DNA from: an uncultured candidate division Zixibacteria bacterium
Lineage (GTDB): Bacteria; Zixibacteria; MSB-5A5; UBA10806
Assembly: GCA_963817915.1 (NCBI GenBank)
Contig: CAWFQL010000017.1
Span: 64,001 to 128,000, forward strand
Reading direction: 5' to 3'
DNA length: 64,000 bases
The notes under the pieces are model-generated. The model was not told the DNA's origin. It ran no database searches and saw only the letters and a list, made by a program, of their open reading frames with translations. Shown piece by piece: positions 10,124-21,445 of this stretch (position 1 is its first letter; every line of letters begins with the position of its first letter). The translations under genes and the position numbers were made by a program.

Positions 10124-10528
10124 GTCGAGTCGTCCGGCTCCGAAAAAACTTCGGTCGGGTGAGGCCACCCGACCTCACAAACGCAGACAATATTTGTGGC
10201 GTCGAGTCGCCTGGCCCTAAAAAAACTTCGGTCTGGCGAGTCCAAGCCTGTCTCAAACCTCTGTTTTTGCGTCATTGCGAGGAGTTCGGCTTTTGCAGAA
10301 CGACGAAGCAATCTGCGGGCGGCCTCCTTCAGATTGCTTCGTCCGCCTGCGGCGGACTCGCAATGACTTTTATGGCGGCGGAATTTGTCATGGTGACGGG
10401 TCGCTTGACCCGACACAAAAACCTCGGTCGGGTGCGGCCACCCGACCTCACAAACGCAGACAATATTTGTGGCGTCGAGTCGTCCGGCTCCGAAAAAACT
10501 TCGGTCGGGTGAGGCCACCCGACCTCAC
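10124..10528. repeat. BIME-like array (77-bp unit) interrupted by a GTCATTGCGAG element
   Basis: cggtcgggtg(a/c)ggccacccgacctcac occurs three times with identical linkers; gtcgagtcg at 10124, 10201 and 10474; palindromic insert at 10271-10367. Confidence 0.9.
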
Positions 10529-10540
10529 GGAAGAGATCTT

Positions 10541-12689
10541 TTATGGCAGCCTGAATCTCTTTCTAATGGCCCATTCGGTACAAAGACCCAGAAGAAGGAC
10601 TATGAGGACAAACGGCATTCTAAAGAAATTAATCTGCGCCTGGCTTTCCTTGATATAGGGCGAAAGCTTTAATTGATCGGGGAATCCCGAGAAATTGTCT
10701 TTATCAAAGGCCTTGCCGCCTGTAGCGTCGGAGATACGGCGAGTCAAATCATAATCGGGTGATTTCGAGGCCATCTCCAGGCTGAATTGTTCTATTGTGA
10801 AGCTGCCATTCTTCCTGCCAAGGGTGTCATTAAATGATGTCGCCATAGCGCTGAAATCATATTTCCCTGCCGGTAAAGATGAAATATCGGCCGTATATAT
10901 TCCAATGGAAGTAGGGGAAAGGGCCGCAGATTTTAGAGGAATCTTCTCGCCGCGCGGGAAAATCGACAAGGTAACGTAGGCTCCACCTTTCGGACGCCCC
11001 GCTTTGTCATAGAGATAAGCAGTAGTTCGGACAGGCTCGCCCAATCGATAGACTTTTTGATCTGTGAGCACCTTGAACTGCTCCATCTTATCGCTTGCTG
11101 AAAGCCACTTGCTAAGATTTCTCCAGAAATCGGGAATTGCTTTGGAAATCGCTTCATCTCTTACAGATCCGAAATAACTTCTCCATAACGGGAAATCCCA
11201 TGATGGCCACCGAACGGCCCCGTTCCAATGATCCGGCGATCATTACCGGAAGCCCATCGAATGCCCCGCGTGCCGAATGACTCTCAAGCAGCACTTCACC
11301 TGTCGGGTTGATTCCGGTGACGATTTCAGTTAGAGGCGGCAATGAACGCCATATCTGGACGCTGGCCTCGGGATCATCATTGAGCATTACTGCCGCGTGC
11401 TGCTTTTGGGTAGGCGACGGTTCTACAGAGAAATCATTGGATATGATATCGGGTTTTTGAAATTTAATGGGCAAAATATCAGCATACTGGCTGAGATATG
11501 TAGAGCAATCATTTCCCGCGATATAGACAAACGATCCGCCATTCTCGATATAATTTTTGAGGTCAGTAGCGTTTACCCTAAGCGATGCCGGAGAAGAATC
11601 GATAATAAAAACGATGTCATATTGTTTCAGTCCGTCAAGACCCCGAGGAGTTCCGGGATCGGAAAATCTGCCTGCGGCCGATTGATAAACAGCATCAACC
11701 TGAAATTCGTCGAATTTTCCCAGAGCCTGCTTGAGAAATTTGAATTCCCAGTTTAGTTTTGAAACTCCGACAAATATTTTTATTTTGCTTTTTAATATTC
11801 TCATCGCGAATAGCCGGTCATTGTCGATATTATTACTCTCATCCGGAAGAATCGGAGTTGAGACAGTATATTCATAATCGCCCTCAGCCGGGGCCTTAGC
11901 CTGAAATTCGACTGATACCTTCCTGCCCTGCTCGGGCATATCGAATGATTTCTCGGCGATAACATTCGAGCCTTGTTTGAGCAATATTTTCGAGCGGCCG
12001 GGTTTTATTCCAATGGCGCTTAGCTCAGCGGTAACCTCGAAATCCTGGCCGCTATAGGCTACGGCAGGATATATGATATTATCGATCGAAAGGTTTTTCT
12101 CCTCAGTCATATTGCCGACTGTCAAAGTATAGACAGGCATATTCAATCTTGATGCAATTCCAACGGGATCGTCCCCGAGATTTTGCCTGCCATCCGTGAC
12201 AAGCATTACCGCGCCATAATTATCGATATCATTTTTTTGCCCGAATTGTTGTAGGGCTTCGGATATGGAAGTAGCGTCCCCTGTTGAATCAACTTGAGAG
12301 GGGAGCGCGGATGATTTCTTTAGATTACTGGAAAATTGAAAAATTATATATTCGGATTTTATCTTGGTCAGAGCAGAATTCGCAAGACTATCGGCGAGGC
12401 TAATTCGTTTGACCCCATCTTCGGAGACTCCCATGCTTTTGGAAGTATCAAAAATAACGGCCAGCTGCGGTTTTACGATTTTGGATGAGTATAGATTTAT
12501 CAGCGGCTCTATAAGGAGAATTCCCAAGAGCAAAACCATTAACGCCCTGAGCGACGCCAGGACTATTCTCCAACCCTTTTCAAGAGGCGGATAAGTCTTG
12601 ATATAAGATAATATCCCGACTGCGATGCCTATAATGCCGATTAAAGCGTATAAATACCAATATTGGGATAGTATCTGGATATTCATCAA
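10541..12689 (-). CDS. Membrane-anchored VWA-domain protein with glutamine-amidotransferase-like and Ig-like domains; one frameshift near 11190
   Basis: Two N-terminal TMs, MIDAS DTSKSM, LVTDG, C-terminal TM with EWAIRKR. Removing one C gives GFPLWRSYF...KWLSASDKMEQF and joins both ORFs. Confidence 0.8.
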
Positions 12690-12708
12690 TTAATATAATT
12701 ATTTAGGT

Positions 12709-12748
12709 TAAAATAAAGCGCCACTTTGATTAAGACCATCAGTGGCGC
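12709..12748 (-). terminator. Rho-independent terminator
   Basis: GCGCCACT...AGTGGCGC stem followed by TTTATTTT on the minus strand. Confidence 0.65.
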
Positions 12749-12773
12749 GTGATTCGATATATCTATCATTATT

Positions 12774-13733
12774 TTATCTATCTCTAACTGCGGCCAACGT
12801 GGCCAATTCCTCTAATGATCTTTTCATCGGCAAGTCATCAATCGATCTCACGATGTTGATCGCTTTTTCAACGAAACCGCGCGCCTTTTGTTCCGCGTAA
12901 ACAATTCCGCCATTATCTCGAACAAATTGTACTACTTCGGATATATCGTTATTCGTAGAATCTCCAAGGATTCCCTTGAAATGACTCTTGGCGTGGCTGT
13001 TACCATTTCGCATGGCGTAAATCAATGGCAATGTAACCCAGCCTTCCCGAATATCCGATCCAAGGCTCTTGCCGGTTTTGCGGGTATCGCCGATCAGATC
13101 GAGAAGGTCATCGGTAATCTGGAATGCCATCCCGATATTTTCGCCGTATTCGCGAAGGCCGCTAAGTACTTTGCCATTCTGCCCGGAACAGATTGCACCC
13201 GCCTCGGCCGAGCACGAGAAAAGGGATGCGGTCTTATCGGCGATAATATTCAGGTAAGTTTCTTCGACGATATCAAAATTGCCGGTATAAAAAACCTGAT
13301 TTAGCTCTCCAATCGATACACGTTCGGTGGCTCTTGAAAATGACGCCAGCAATCCGGGCATATTGGCTTTCACAAGCAAACCGAATGACTTGGCAAATAG
13401 ATAATCGCCCATCAGGACCGCGACCAGATTATTCCATTTGTTGTTGGTAGTCTCACGTCCGCGGCGGACATTGGATTCATCGACTACGTCGTCATGCAAG
13501 AGTGTCGCGGTATGTATAAGCTCAATGGCCAGAGCCGAGTTTAGCGATGATTCGTTGAGCTGGCCGGATGTTAGAAATACCAGCGCCGGCCGGAGCCGTT
13601 TGCCCGACGCGCCATATAAATGATCCGTTATCTGACGGATAATCGTAGAATCGGTCTCAAGAGTCTTTTTCAGCTCTATTTCGAATTGCTCTAATTGATT
13701 GGATACTGAAGAAAGAGCTTTGGAAAAATCCAT
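12774..13733 (-). CDS. Polyprenyl diphosphate synthase (IspB/HepT family)
   Basis: GKRLRP, FARM LLHDDVVD...RRG, KTASLF and SARM FQITDDLLD. Confidence 0.93.
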   Translation of the reverse strand: MDFSKALSSVSNQLEQFEIELKKTLETDSTIIRQITDHLYGASGKRLRPALVFLTSGQLNESSLNSALAIELIHTATLLHDDVVDESNVRRGRETTNNKWNNLVAVLMGDYLFAKSFGLLVKANMPGLLASFSRATERVSIGELNQVFYTGNFDIVEETYLNIIADKTASLFSCSAEAGAICSGQNGKVLSGLREYGENIGMAFQITDDLLDLIGDTRKTGKSLGSDIREGWVTLPLIYAMRNGNSHAKSHFKGILGDSTNNDISEVVQFVRDNGGIVYAEQKARGFVEKAINIVRSIDDLPMKRSLEELATLAAVRDR

Positions 13734-13784
13734 TTTAATTCCTTAAATCAAAATTAAGCCACAAATTAGCCCACCACTTGGCTC

Positions 13785-13813
13785 AAAATATCGGATGCGT
13801 TATTCGATGTCAA
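13785..13813 (-). promoter_or_regulatory. Sigma70-type promoter
   Basis: TTGACA-N17-TATTTT, 52 nt upstream of the polyprenyl synthase start. Confidence 0.5.
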
Positions 13814-13854
13814 CCTTAAAGAAAAATTGAGGCTTATCGGTGTAATATCATCAT

Positions 13855-14610
13855 TTAACCAACAAGTACAGCCCCGCCGTTGACATTGAGAATCTCACCG
13901 GTGATGAAGCTGGCCCATTCCGACGCCATAAATACTATCGGGCTTGCCAATTCTCTCGGCGTGGCGGCGCGTCCTAACGGGATAAGCGAAAGATACTTGG
14001 GGCCATCGGGACTAGTTAAAGCAGGGTGGCTCATATCGGTATCGACCCAGCCGGGAGCGACGCTATTAACCCTGATACCAAAAGGCGCCAATTCCGAAGA
14101 CAATGATTTGGTCAATGATATCAACGCGCCTTTGGATGCTGCGTAATGAGAATGCATCGCCTCACCTCTCTGTCCAGCGGTGGAAGTGATGAAGATGATA
14201 TTGCCTGATTTCTGTTTTTTCATGGATGGGACAACTGCGGATGTAGTATAGAAACAGCCCTTTATATTGATATCGATTGTGCGGTCAAGTATGTCATCGG
14301 TCATTTTCTCGATAGCGGATTCGGTCCAGATACCGGCATTATTGACGAGAATATCGATCTTGCCGAATTCATCCAATGCTTTTTTGACCATCGACTCGCA
14401 ATCCTGACGTTTCCCCATATCGGCCTGAATAATCAGGCATCGGCGGCCGAGTTTTTCAATCGATGATTTGACTTTCCGGGCGGCATCAGGATTTGTGTAA
14501 TAGTTGATGGCGATATCTGCTCCCAATTCGGCGAAAAGTATGGCTGCTTCGGCACCGATTCCCCTGGAACCGCCGGTGATTAGCACAACCTGATTTTTGA
14601 AATTTATCAT
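13855..14610 (-). CDS. Short-chain dehydrogenase/reductase (FabG-like)
   Basis: TGGSRGIG, NNAG, YAASK, VAPGWVDT and NVNGG. Confidence 0.93.
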   Translation of the reverse strand: MINFKNQVVLITGGSRGIGAEAAILFAELGADIAINYYTNPDAARKVKSSIEKLGRRCLIIQADMGKRQDCESMVKKALDEFGKIDILVNNAGIWTESAIEKMTDDILDRTIDINIKGCFYTTSAVVPSMKKQKSGNIIFITSTAGQRGEAMHSHYAASKGALISLTKSLSSELAPFGIRVNSVAPGWVDTDMSHPALTSPDGPKYLSLIPLGRAATPRELASPIVFMASEWASFITGEILNVNGGAVLVG

Positions 14611-14649
14611 TGAATTCCTTTCATTAATTTCACATTCGAGGTCAATTTA

Positions 14650-14934
14650 TCATGTTCGAGAGAGTCTCTCCACCGATTTTTTCACTTCCGCCGCTAACGG
14701 CTCGAATTCTTCTTTGGTGAAGCTTTGGATTTGATTTAATCGGCGCACCAGGTCTTTGTTGTTGAGAATCCAGCGGGCGACCTCGACTCCCTGCTCCCAA
14801 ACCATCATGTGGAGAAATTGATTCAGTAACGGCCCCATAGGTTTACCATCGAGGATTTCATTTACGGCAGAATCGGCTTTTTTAACTGTATTGAGGAATA
14901 GCTGCCAGGAATCTTTAGGTAATTGGTAATCCAT
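14650..14934 (-). CDS. Hypothetical protein
   Basis: 94-aa ORF with AAAGGA RBS, co-oriented with the SDR gene. Confidence 0.6.
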   Translation of the reverse strand: MDYQLPKDSWQLFLNTVKKADSAVNEILDGKPMGPLLNQFLHMMVWEQGVEVARWILNNKDLVRRLNQIQSFTKEEFEPLAAEVKKSVERLSRT

Positions 14935-15325
14935 AACAATCCTTTCAAAACATATTTAAGCAACAATTACTAAAATTAACAGTAGCGTGTTATAGTTCCG
15001 GCAACGGAATATGATAATGATTATGCTAATAGATATAAACCGCGAGGCACAGATTTATATTCATGCCTGCGAATAGAATTTCTGATTTCTTTATCCTGTC
15101 GTTTCTCATTTTATTTCGTCTGCGACAGGATTTTTCGTCATTTGACCGCGCCACATTAAATCCGCCATCAGGCGGATCCAAAATGTGGCGCTGGATCCCA
15201 GGATCCAAATCGTCACATTGTCCGGCTGTCGCCGGACGAGAAAGCGGGGCCCCCGTCCTTCCACCTTTCGGGGGTTTTCAAAACAAATGCTGAGTGAACG
15301 TGTTTTTGAGATTTGAATTTAGGAT

Positions 15326-15780
15326 GTCGGGTTTCTCATCCGTCATTTGCCGGATTGTAAACTCGCTTCGCTCGTTCGGAACGCCGACCTACTGCTCCCA
15401 TTGGCTGCTGCTCGCAAGATTCCGCGACAAGCGCGGAATGACAAAGCAGGGGACAGGAGGGATGCCTGACGCACGCTTGGAATATAAAGAAAAAAAGTGG
15501 CAGGTCACGCCCGTCTTCGACGGTCTACGACCTGCCATAACTCATATTATTGTAAGGGCGGGTTTGAAACCCGCCCCTACGGAGATATTTGTGGTTTTGA
15601 CAACTGGGATGGATTCCGCATGGAGCCCTATTAATTCCCGCGACCGACGGAAGCGGAATTTCAGGACTGGGGTTTGATGAATCAAACCCCTACAGCGCTA
15701 TCGGGTTTCTCATTCGCTTCGCTCGCTCGGAACGCAGAGCTACTGATCTCGCAAGATTCCGGCTCGGGGGCCGGAATGAC
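15326..15780. repeat. Mixed REP cluster
   Basis: CCTAC-ended hairpins (gggcgggtttgaaacccgcccctac, ggggtttgatgaatcaaacccctac), two gtcgggtttctca...ggaacg shells, and two GATTCC...GGAATGAC palindromes. Confidence 0.88.
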
Positions 15781-15817
15781 ATGGAAGTGTTTGGTGGGAC
15801 GTCTACCGCCCATATAA

Positions 15818-17930
15818 TTATTTTAACAGGGTAAGCTGAATACTTTGCGATTGATCGCCTGATTCGAGCCGGGCGAAATAGATACCTGACGCGAATTCTG
15901 ACGCGTTCCAGATAACACTATGCTGACCGGCGTCCTGAATGCCATCGACAAGCAGCGCGACCCGCTGGCCCAGGATATCGTAAATCGAAATATTAATCGA
16001 GCCGCTTTGTGCCAATGAATAATCTATCGTTGTGGAGGCATTGAAGGGATTCGGATAGTTTTGGGATAATGTGAAATCCGAAGGAATTGGCCCGGGATCA
16101 TCGATGCCGATCAAAGTAAATCTTAAAATAGATAAGGCTGTGTTATCGGCGACAAACGAGCGATTGCCAACTAGGTATATTCCGGATGCTGCTCCGGGAG
16201 TCGCAAACGATCCGGCGGAAGTTGGAATCGATGGATTAATAATATTCACTATCCGAAGCCCGGAATTATTATCCGCTATATACGCAAATCCGCCAGAGAC
16301 ATTTATGCCGTAAGCGGCATCGGGGAGATCGAAAGTGCTTTGCAAAGACGGATTTGCGGGATTGCCGATATTACAATTTTGAGAGAGCTATTGTTGGTCA
16401 AATATGCAAAACTGCCCGAAACAGCAGATCGCAGCGAATTGTGCCTGTCAGGCCCAGACTCCCCGTGAGTGAAGGGCTGGCAGGGTTCGATATATTGACA
16501 ATCTGCAGGCCCGTATTTTCACAAGCCATGTAAGCGTAATTACCGGACACGAAAACACCCACCGCCGCTGATGAGGTCGAATATCCTCCCACAAATGACG
16601 GGCTGGCTGGATTGATTATGTTTATTATTTGAAGTCCCAATGATCGATCCGCGATATACGCATAGACTCCCGATATCTGAACATCGACAGAAGCGTTCAT
16701 GGCACGGCTGCCGACTAATGTGGGAATGGCCGGATTGGAAACATTAATAATAAGCAGGCCGGAATTATCGGCTGCCATGTAGGCGTAATTGCCGAAAGCC
16801 GCGACCTTTTTGGCTGAATTTGGTGTCCCGTAACGGCCAACAAAGAAAGGGCTGGCCTGATTGGCAACATCGAGAATCTGGAGCCCTACGGGGCCATCGG
16901 CCACATAGGCATAATTGCCCGAAACAAAAACACTCTTCGAATAACCCTGATTGGGAGTGAGATAGCTGCCCACAAAAGACGGGCTCGATGGACTCGAAAC
17001 ATTGATGATTTGTAATCCTGTGTATTGATCGGCGATATAGGCACTTGATGCCGAAACGAAGACACGATAAGCCAGGCCATTGGTGTCGAAGGTACCGGTT
17101 AATGAGGGACTAGACGGCGTTGATATATTTAGAACTTGCAGACCTGAAAGACCATCGGAAATATAAGCGTAATTGCCGGAGACAAATATGTCTGAGGCTT
17201 CGCCGGGCGTATCGCGGCTTCCCACGAATGCGGGATTGGCCGGGTCTGAAATATTTATGACTTGAAGGCCGGATGAACCGTCGGCAATATAGGCGTATGA
17301 GCCTACAACAAAGACCGCATAGGCATTTCCGGGAGTAGAACGGCTTCCTACAAATGCAGGGGCGCCTGGATTGGAAATATTAATGATTTGCAGGCCGGAG
17401 GAACCATCGGCGATATACGCGTAGCTGCCGGAGACATAGATGCCTGTCGCTTCGCCGGGCGTGTCGCGGCTGCCTGTGAATGATGGGTTAGAGGGATTGG
17501 AAATATTAATTATCTGCAGCCCCGATGCGCCATCGGCAACGTACGCGTAATTCCCCGAGATATAGACCTGGGATGCTTCACCGGGCGTATCGCGGTTTCC
17601 GACAAAAAATGGGTTGCCCGGATTCGCGATATTTACAACCTGCAATCCTGAGTAGCCATCGGCGATAAAGGCATAATTGCCAGATATATCCAATCCTCGT
17701 CCGACACCCTGGAGGGCGAATTCTCCGGCCAATGACGGGGCCGATGGATTGGAAATATTCAAATTCACCAGGCCGAAATCGTACAGGCAATAGGCGTAAT
17801 TGCCCGCGATTTTGGCGTCAACGGTCATTCTCCAATTATATGAGCCGACCTGGACGACATTCTGAGCCTGAAGTATTCCGGAGCTTAAAAGTATTAATAG
17901 GAATGCGACGCCCAATAATCTATTTTTCAT
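15818..17930 (-). CDS. Secreted LVIVD-repeat beta-propeller protein with T9SS-type C-terminal sorting domain; two frameshifts near 16430 and 16372
   Basis: Signal peptide; many 42-aa repeats (VSGNYAYVADGSSGLQIINISNP); QNYPNPFN...SGIYFARL...LTLLK tail; missing repeat AVSGSFAYLTNNSSLKIV is readable in a third frame. Confidence 0.85.
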
Positions 17931-18037
17931 TTTTCCTCCGGTATTTGAAAATCACTCGAAAATCAAGTTTCAAGACAATCATAGATAAGAACATCAAATT
18001 ACCCTTTTTAGTTTCAATTCATAGATAAAAGCACGGA

Positions 18038-18414
18038 AGGGTTCAAAATTTTGAACCCCCTACGGCGGCATTCGTTATAGTTGCAGGCGGGTTTGATAAA
18101 TCAAACCCCTACAATCGCATTTTTATTTTTGTAGAGACGCAAGATTTTGCGTCTCTACCGGTGATAATGAATTACATATCGGCAGGATTCCAGTAGCCCA
18201 AATCTCGAAGAGATTTGGGAACACGACCCCAAAACCACGGGGGATTTTGGGCTACGGCTCCGACCGCCCATAGTAGGATGCGGTCAGGGCAAGCCCTGAC
18301 TCGCAGGAAAACGCCCATAGTAGGATGCGGTCACAGTAAACTGTGACACGCAGGAATAATGCCAACCTTCGGATTGCTTCGTCGTCCGGCAGCTGCCGGA
18401 CTTCTCGCAATGAC
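18038..18414. repeat. Mixed REP cluster
   Basis: gggttcaaaattttgaaccccctac, gggtttgataaatcaaacccctac, gtagagacgcaagattttgcgtctctac, gtagcccaaa...tttgggctac, two RAYT-type REPs (18279, 18326), and half a GATTGC...GCAATGAC element. Confidence 0.9.
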
Positions 18415-18487
18415 CGGAAATGGGGTTTTGAGACAGACTAAGGGATTCATTGACTGCGGCAATAAGCTATGTAAATTGTATAATCGT

Positions 18488-19989
18488 TTATTTGATATAG
18501 ACGAGCTTGATGGTCTTTTGGTTTTGGGACGCTCTTGCTCTGGCGAAATAAATGCCTGTAGAGACTCTATTTCCCATAGCATCCTGGGCGTCCCATTTTA
18601 TTTCTCCCTCCTTTGCCCCAATCAAATTAAATGTCCGTACTTGTCTGCCCATAAGATCATATATTCCTATTTCCAAATCACCTCCTTCCGGATTGCTAAA
18701 TGTTATCATTGTATTTGAATTAAATGGATTCGGATAAGCGGCCATACTTAAATCACTGGGGATATTAAGGTCGCCATAATCATTGATCCCAGTAATATGC
18801 TCGTTGCGAAGATAGTAGTCAGTTGCCGCTATCATGTAGCGTACTCTATCGACCAGGCAATGCAATACGAATCGCATCTCCCTCGTATGAATAATCTAAG
18901 GCTGGAGATCTTTCGATGATTTCCATTGAACCAGTAATTACTTCTGGAGTTGTCCATGATACTCCCCAATCCAATGATTTTGAATACATGATTTTAGGAT
19001 AACTGCAGCCAAATGGCTGACCATCGTTCCAAGGCTACGTAGAGGCATTCATCTAATAATATCCCGGATGTATGCCAGCCGGTTTGAGTATTTGTTAAAC
19101 GCGATTCCGGCAGCCAGCTATTGCCGTTGTCAGTGCTGATACGGGCAAGAATATCTCGCCATAATACCAAAGCAATTGCTTCCATATTTATGGTCAAACC
19201 AAGTGGTAATAATATGGCCATTTGAATCTGAGCGGATGCTTCCGGCAATTGTGAGGCGGCACCATCGTCGATGAAACGCTATTCTTGCCGTCCATCTTCT
19301 TCTCCAGTTAAGGCTTCTTCGATAATAGACTTCGATATTCGACGATCCATCTAACATACCCATTTCATAAATCACGTGAAGTTGGCCGGCCGAATAAAGA
19401 TATTGGGAGGAGTAAGGACATCCCAGGCAATTGGTTCCGCGACCGAGCTATCTCCCCAGGTCTCGCCGCCGTTAAAGCTTGTGAATACCAATATATACGC
19501 ATTGGTATTATTCGAAACCAAACAAGATAAAAACAAGGTATCTCCGTTAGCCGCCAACCTTGGATATTTAAGCAATGGGTTTAGGCGAGTATGAAACACC
19601 TGATGAGGCGCGCTCCAGCTTTGCCCGCCATCACTGCTGGAATTATGAAAGACCTGTACTGTGGCGTTTCTGAAGTAAGCAACCCAACTTATGTGGACTT
19701 TGCCCTTGGAGTAAATAATATCGGGCATTTGACTTCCGTAAAATGTATCGGGCGGGACAATCGGCTCCGACCAGGTATTACCATTATCATAAGAATGGAC
19801 ATAGCTAATAGCGGTGGGAATTGAACCGACGGCATGGATTGTATCTCCGACCGCTGCCACCCGCGTATCCATCCAGCCGATATAGTCGGTTACCTGCATC
19901 GGCTCTGTCCATTGGGCATAAGCCGTTGCAGTTGACAGGGTCACGAAAGCGAATATTGAAATCAAGGACTTGGGCACACAATTCCTCAT
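18488..19989 (-). pseudogene. Sialidase-like Asp-box (BNR) propeller protein with T9SS-type C-terminal domain, broken by several frameshifts
   Basis: Signal peptide; Asp-boxes SYDNGNTWS, SSDGGQSWS, SFNGGETWG and STDNGNSWL spread over four ORFs; AYPNPFN...GIYFAR tail. Confidence 0.75.
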
Positions 19990-20099
19990 TGTTATTTGAC
20001 GAAACTTCTTGCTGTAGTATAACAGAATTTTGGGGAAATGGTATTGTTTATTTTGCGAGAAGTCGTCAGGAAGGGATTCCTTACGGGGCGGGGAAAGGA

Positions 20100-20476
20100 G
20101 GGCACAACATGTTGTGCCCCTACAGGAATAATCGTTCTTTTGCGGGCGGGTTTGATAAATCAAACCCCTACAATCGCATTTTTTATTTTTGTAAAGAGCA
20201 AGATTTCGTTCGGAGACGCAAGATTTTGCGTCTCTACCGGCAATAGCAGTAGGGCAGGAGTCGAAGACTCCTGCCGATCACGGCTTTATGGCAGGAGTGT
20301 ACCACTCCTGCCCTACTCCGACTACAGCGCGGAAAATGGCGGGCAAGATTCCGCATCAAGCCGATTTAGGCCCGCCGTGGTGGGTGCGGAATGACAGGTA
20401 TTACATTTCGGGCGGGTGTGGAGACTACCTTCAGATTGCTTCGGCGACCGACAGGAGCCGGACTTCTCGCAATGAC
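20100..20476. repeat. Mixed REP cluster
   Basis: gggcacaacatgttgtgcccctac, gggtttgataaatcaaacccctac, gagacgcaagattttgcgtctctac, inverted gtagggcaggagt pair, GATTCC..GGAATGAC and GATTGC..GCAATGAC elements. Confidence 0.9.
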
Positions 20477-20591
20477 ACGCCAAAAGGATTTTGCGGGAAT
20501 ATAGGTGTGTTTGACACCGGCCAAAGAATCATAATTTGATTGCGTCCCTTAATCTTATCTGGTAATTTTTGAATTGGATGGGAGGGCTGAT

Positions 20592-21053
20592 ATGAATTAC
20601 TTGAAGGAATTATTCGGGTACAACGCGAAATTCTCGAATGAGATCATAAAATCGTTGAGGACTGTCGACTCCAGGAAATTTATCGATCAGAAGGTGGGCG
20701 CCTGGGGGTCATTGAGAGATTTGACGGTTCATACGATAGAGGCCGAGGATTACTGGATTAATAAAATAATCCAGGGAAAGGATTTTTCAGGATACGAATT
20801 CGATGATTTCAATGATTACGATGATATCGAGGAGAAATGGAAAGAAGTCGAGGCTGATATATTGATTTATCTCGAAAATCTTACTCCCGCAGAACTGAAA
20901 AAGGAATTGAAGGTGAAATGGGATAAAGAATTTTTATATCCGGTCGAGAAAATTCTTCAACATATATATACCCACACGGTTCATCATAGAGGGCAAATCG
21001 TCAGCGGGATAAACATATTAGGCGGCAAGGCGCCAAGTGTGGATATAATATGA
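20592..21053 (+). CDS. DinB/YfiT family protein
   Basis: SLRDLTVHTIEAE and HIYTHTVHHRGQ metal-binding His; GGAGG RBS before the ATG at 20592. Confidence 0.88.
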   Translation: MNYLKELFGYNAKFSNEIIKSLRTVDSRKFIDQKVGAWGSLRDLTVHTIEAEDYWINKIIQGKDFSGYEFDDFNDYDDIEEKWKEVEADILIYLENLTPAELKKELKVKWDKEFLYPVEKILQHIYTHTVHHRGQIVSGINILGGKAPSVDII

Positions 21054-21445
21054 CGGATTTCTTAATGACTGACGATGAAATTAAGACCCTTTTGACTGAT
21101 ATTCAGAAAGCTATCGATAATAGGGATATTGAAGCGGCACTTAGCTATTACCATACTGATATAGTCTATATCGGTGCGGCATCTCCAAAGCCGATTGAGG
21201 GGCAAGAAGCGTTGCGGACGGCCTTTGTGGAAAATTTTAAAGGACCCCAGAAGACAGCGATTAAATTCGGCAAGGTTGGAGTAACCAGAATTTCAGAGCA
21301 GGTTTTCGCGGTCTATTGTCAGGTCGATGGCAGGCAGACGATATATTTCAGCACAAGGGAATTTAAGGGATGGCTCAGCAGAATATTCGTAATGATTGAA
21401 AATCGCCCGATGATCATCCATGAGCATTTTACGATAATCACTTGA
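21050..21445 (+). CDS. NTF2/SnoaL-like family protein
   Basis: DIEAALSYYHTD N-terminus and IIHEHFT C-terminus. Confidence 0.75.
   Translation: MTDFLMTDDEIKTLLTDIQKAIDNRDIEAALSYYHTDIVYIGAASPKPIEGQEALRTAFVENFKGPQKTAIKFGKVGVTRISEQVFAVYCQVDGRQTIYFSTREFKGWLSRIFVMIENRPMIIHEHFTIIT

Noticed and set aside
10124..10528. CRISPR array, or the 131/134-aa ORFs as genes
   Set aside because: Linkers are identical copies, and the ORFs on both strands are translations of palindromic repeats.
15200..15290. c-di-GMP-I riboswitch on the minus strand
   Set aside because: A GAAA-looped stem is present, but the GCAAA junction and second-stem receptor could not be matched.
15026..15677. ORFs 15026-15208, 15063-15293 and 15294-15677
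   Set aside because: They overlap hairpin and REP sequence with no protein-like features.
16398..17800. DNA-level tandem repeat or mobile array
   Set aside because: The roughly 126-bp periodicity is explained by 42-aa LVIVD protein repeats.
19990..20539. N-terminal extension of ORF 19372-20163 and ORFs 20038-20394, 20288-20539
   Set aside because: Repeat-derived; the signal peptide indicates the real start is the ATG at 19989.
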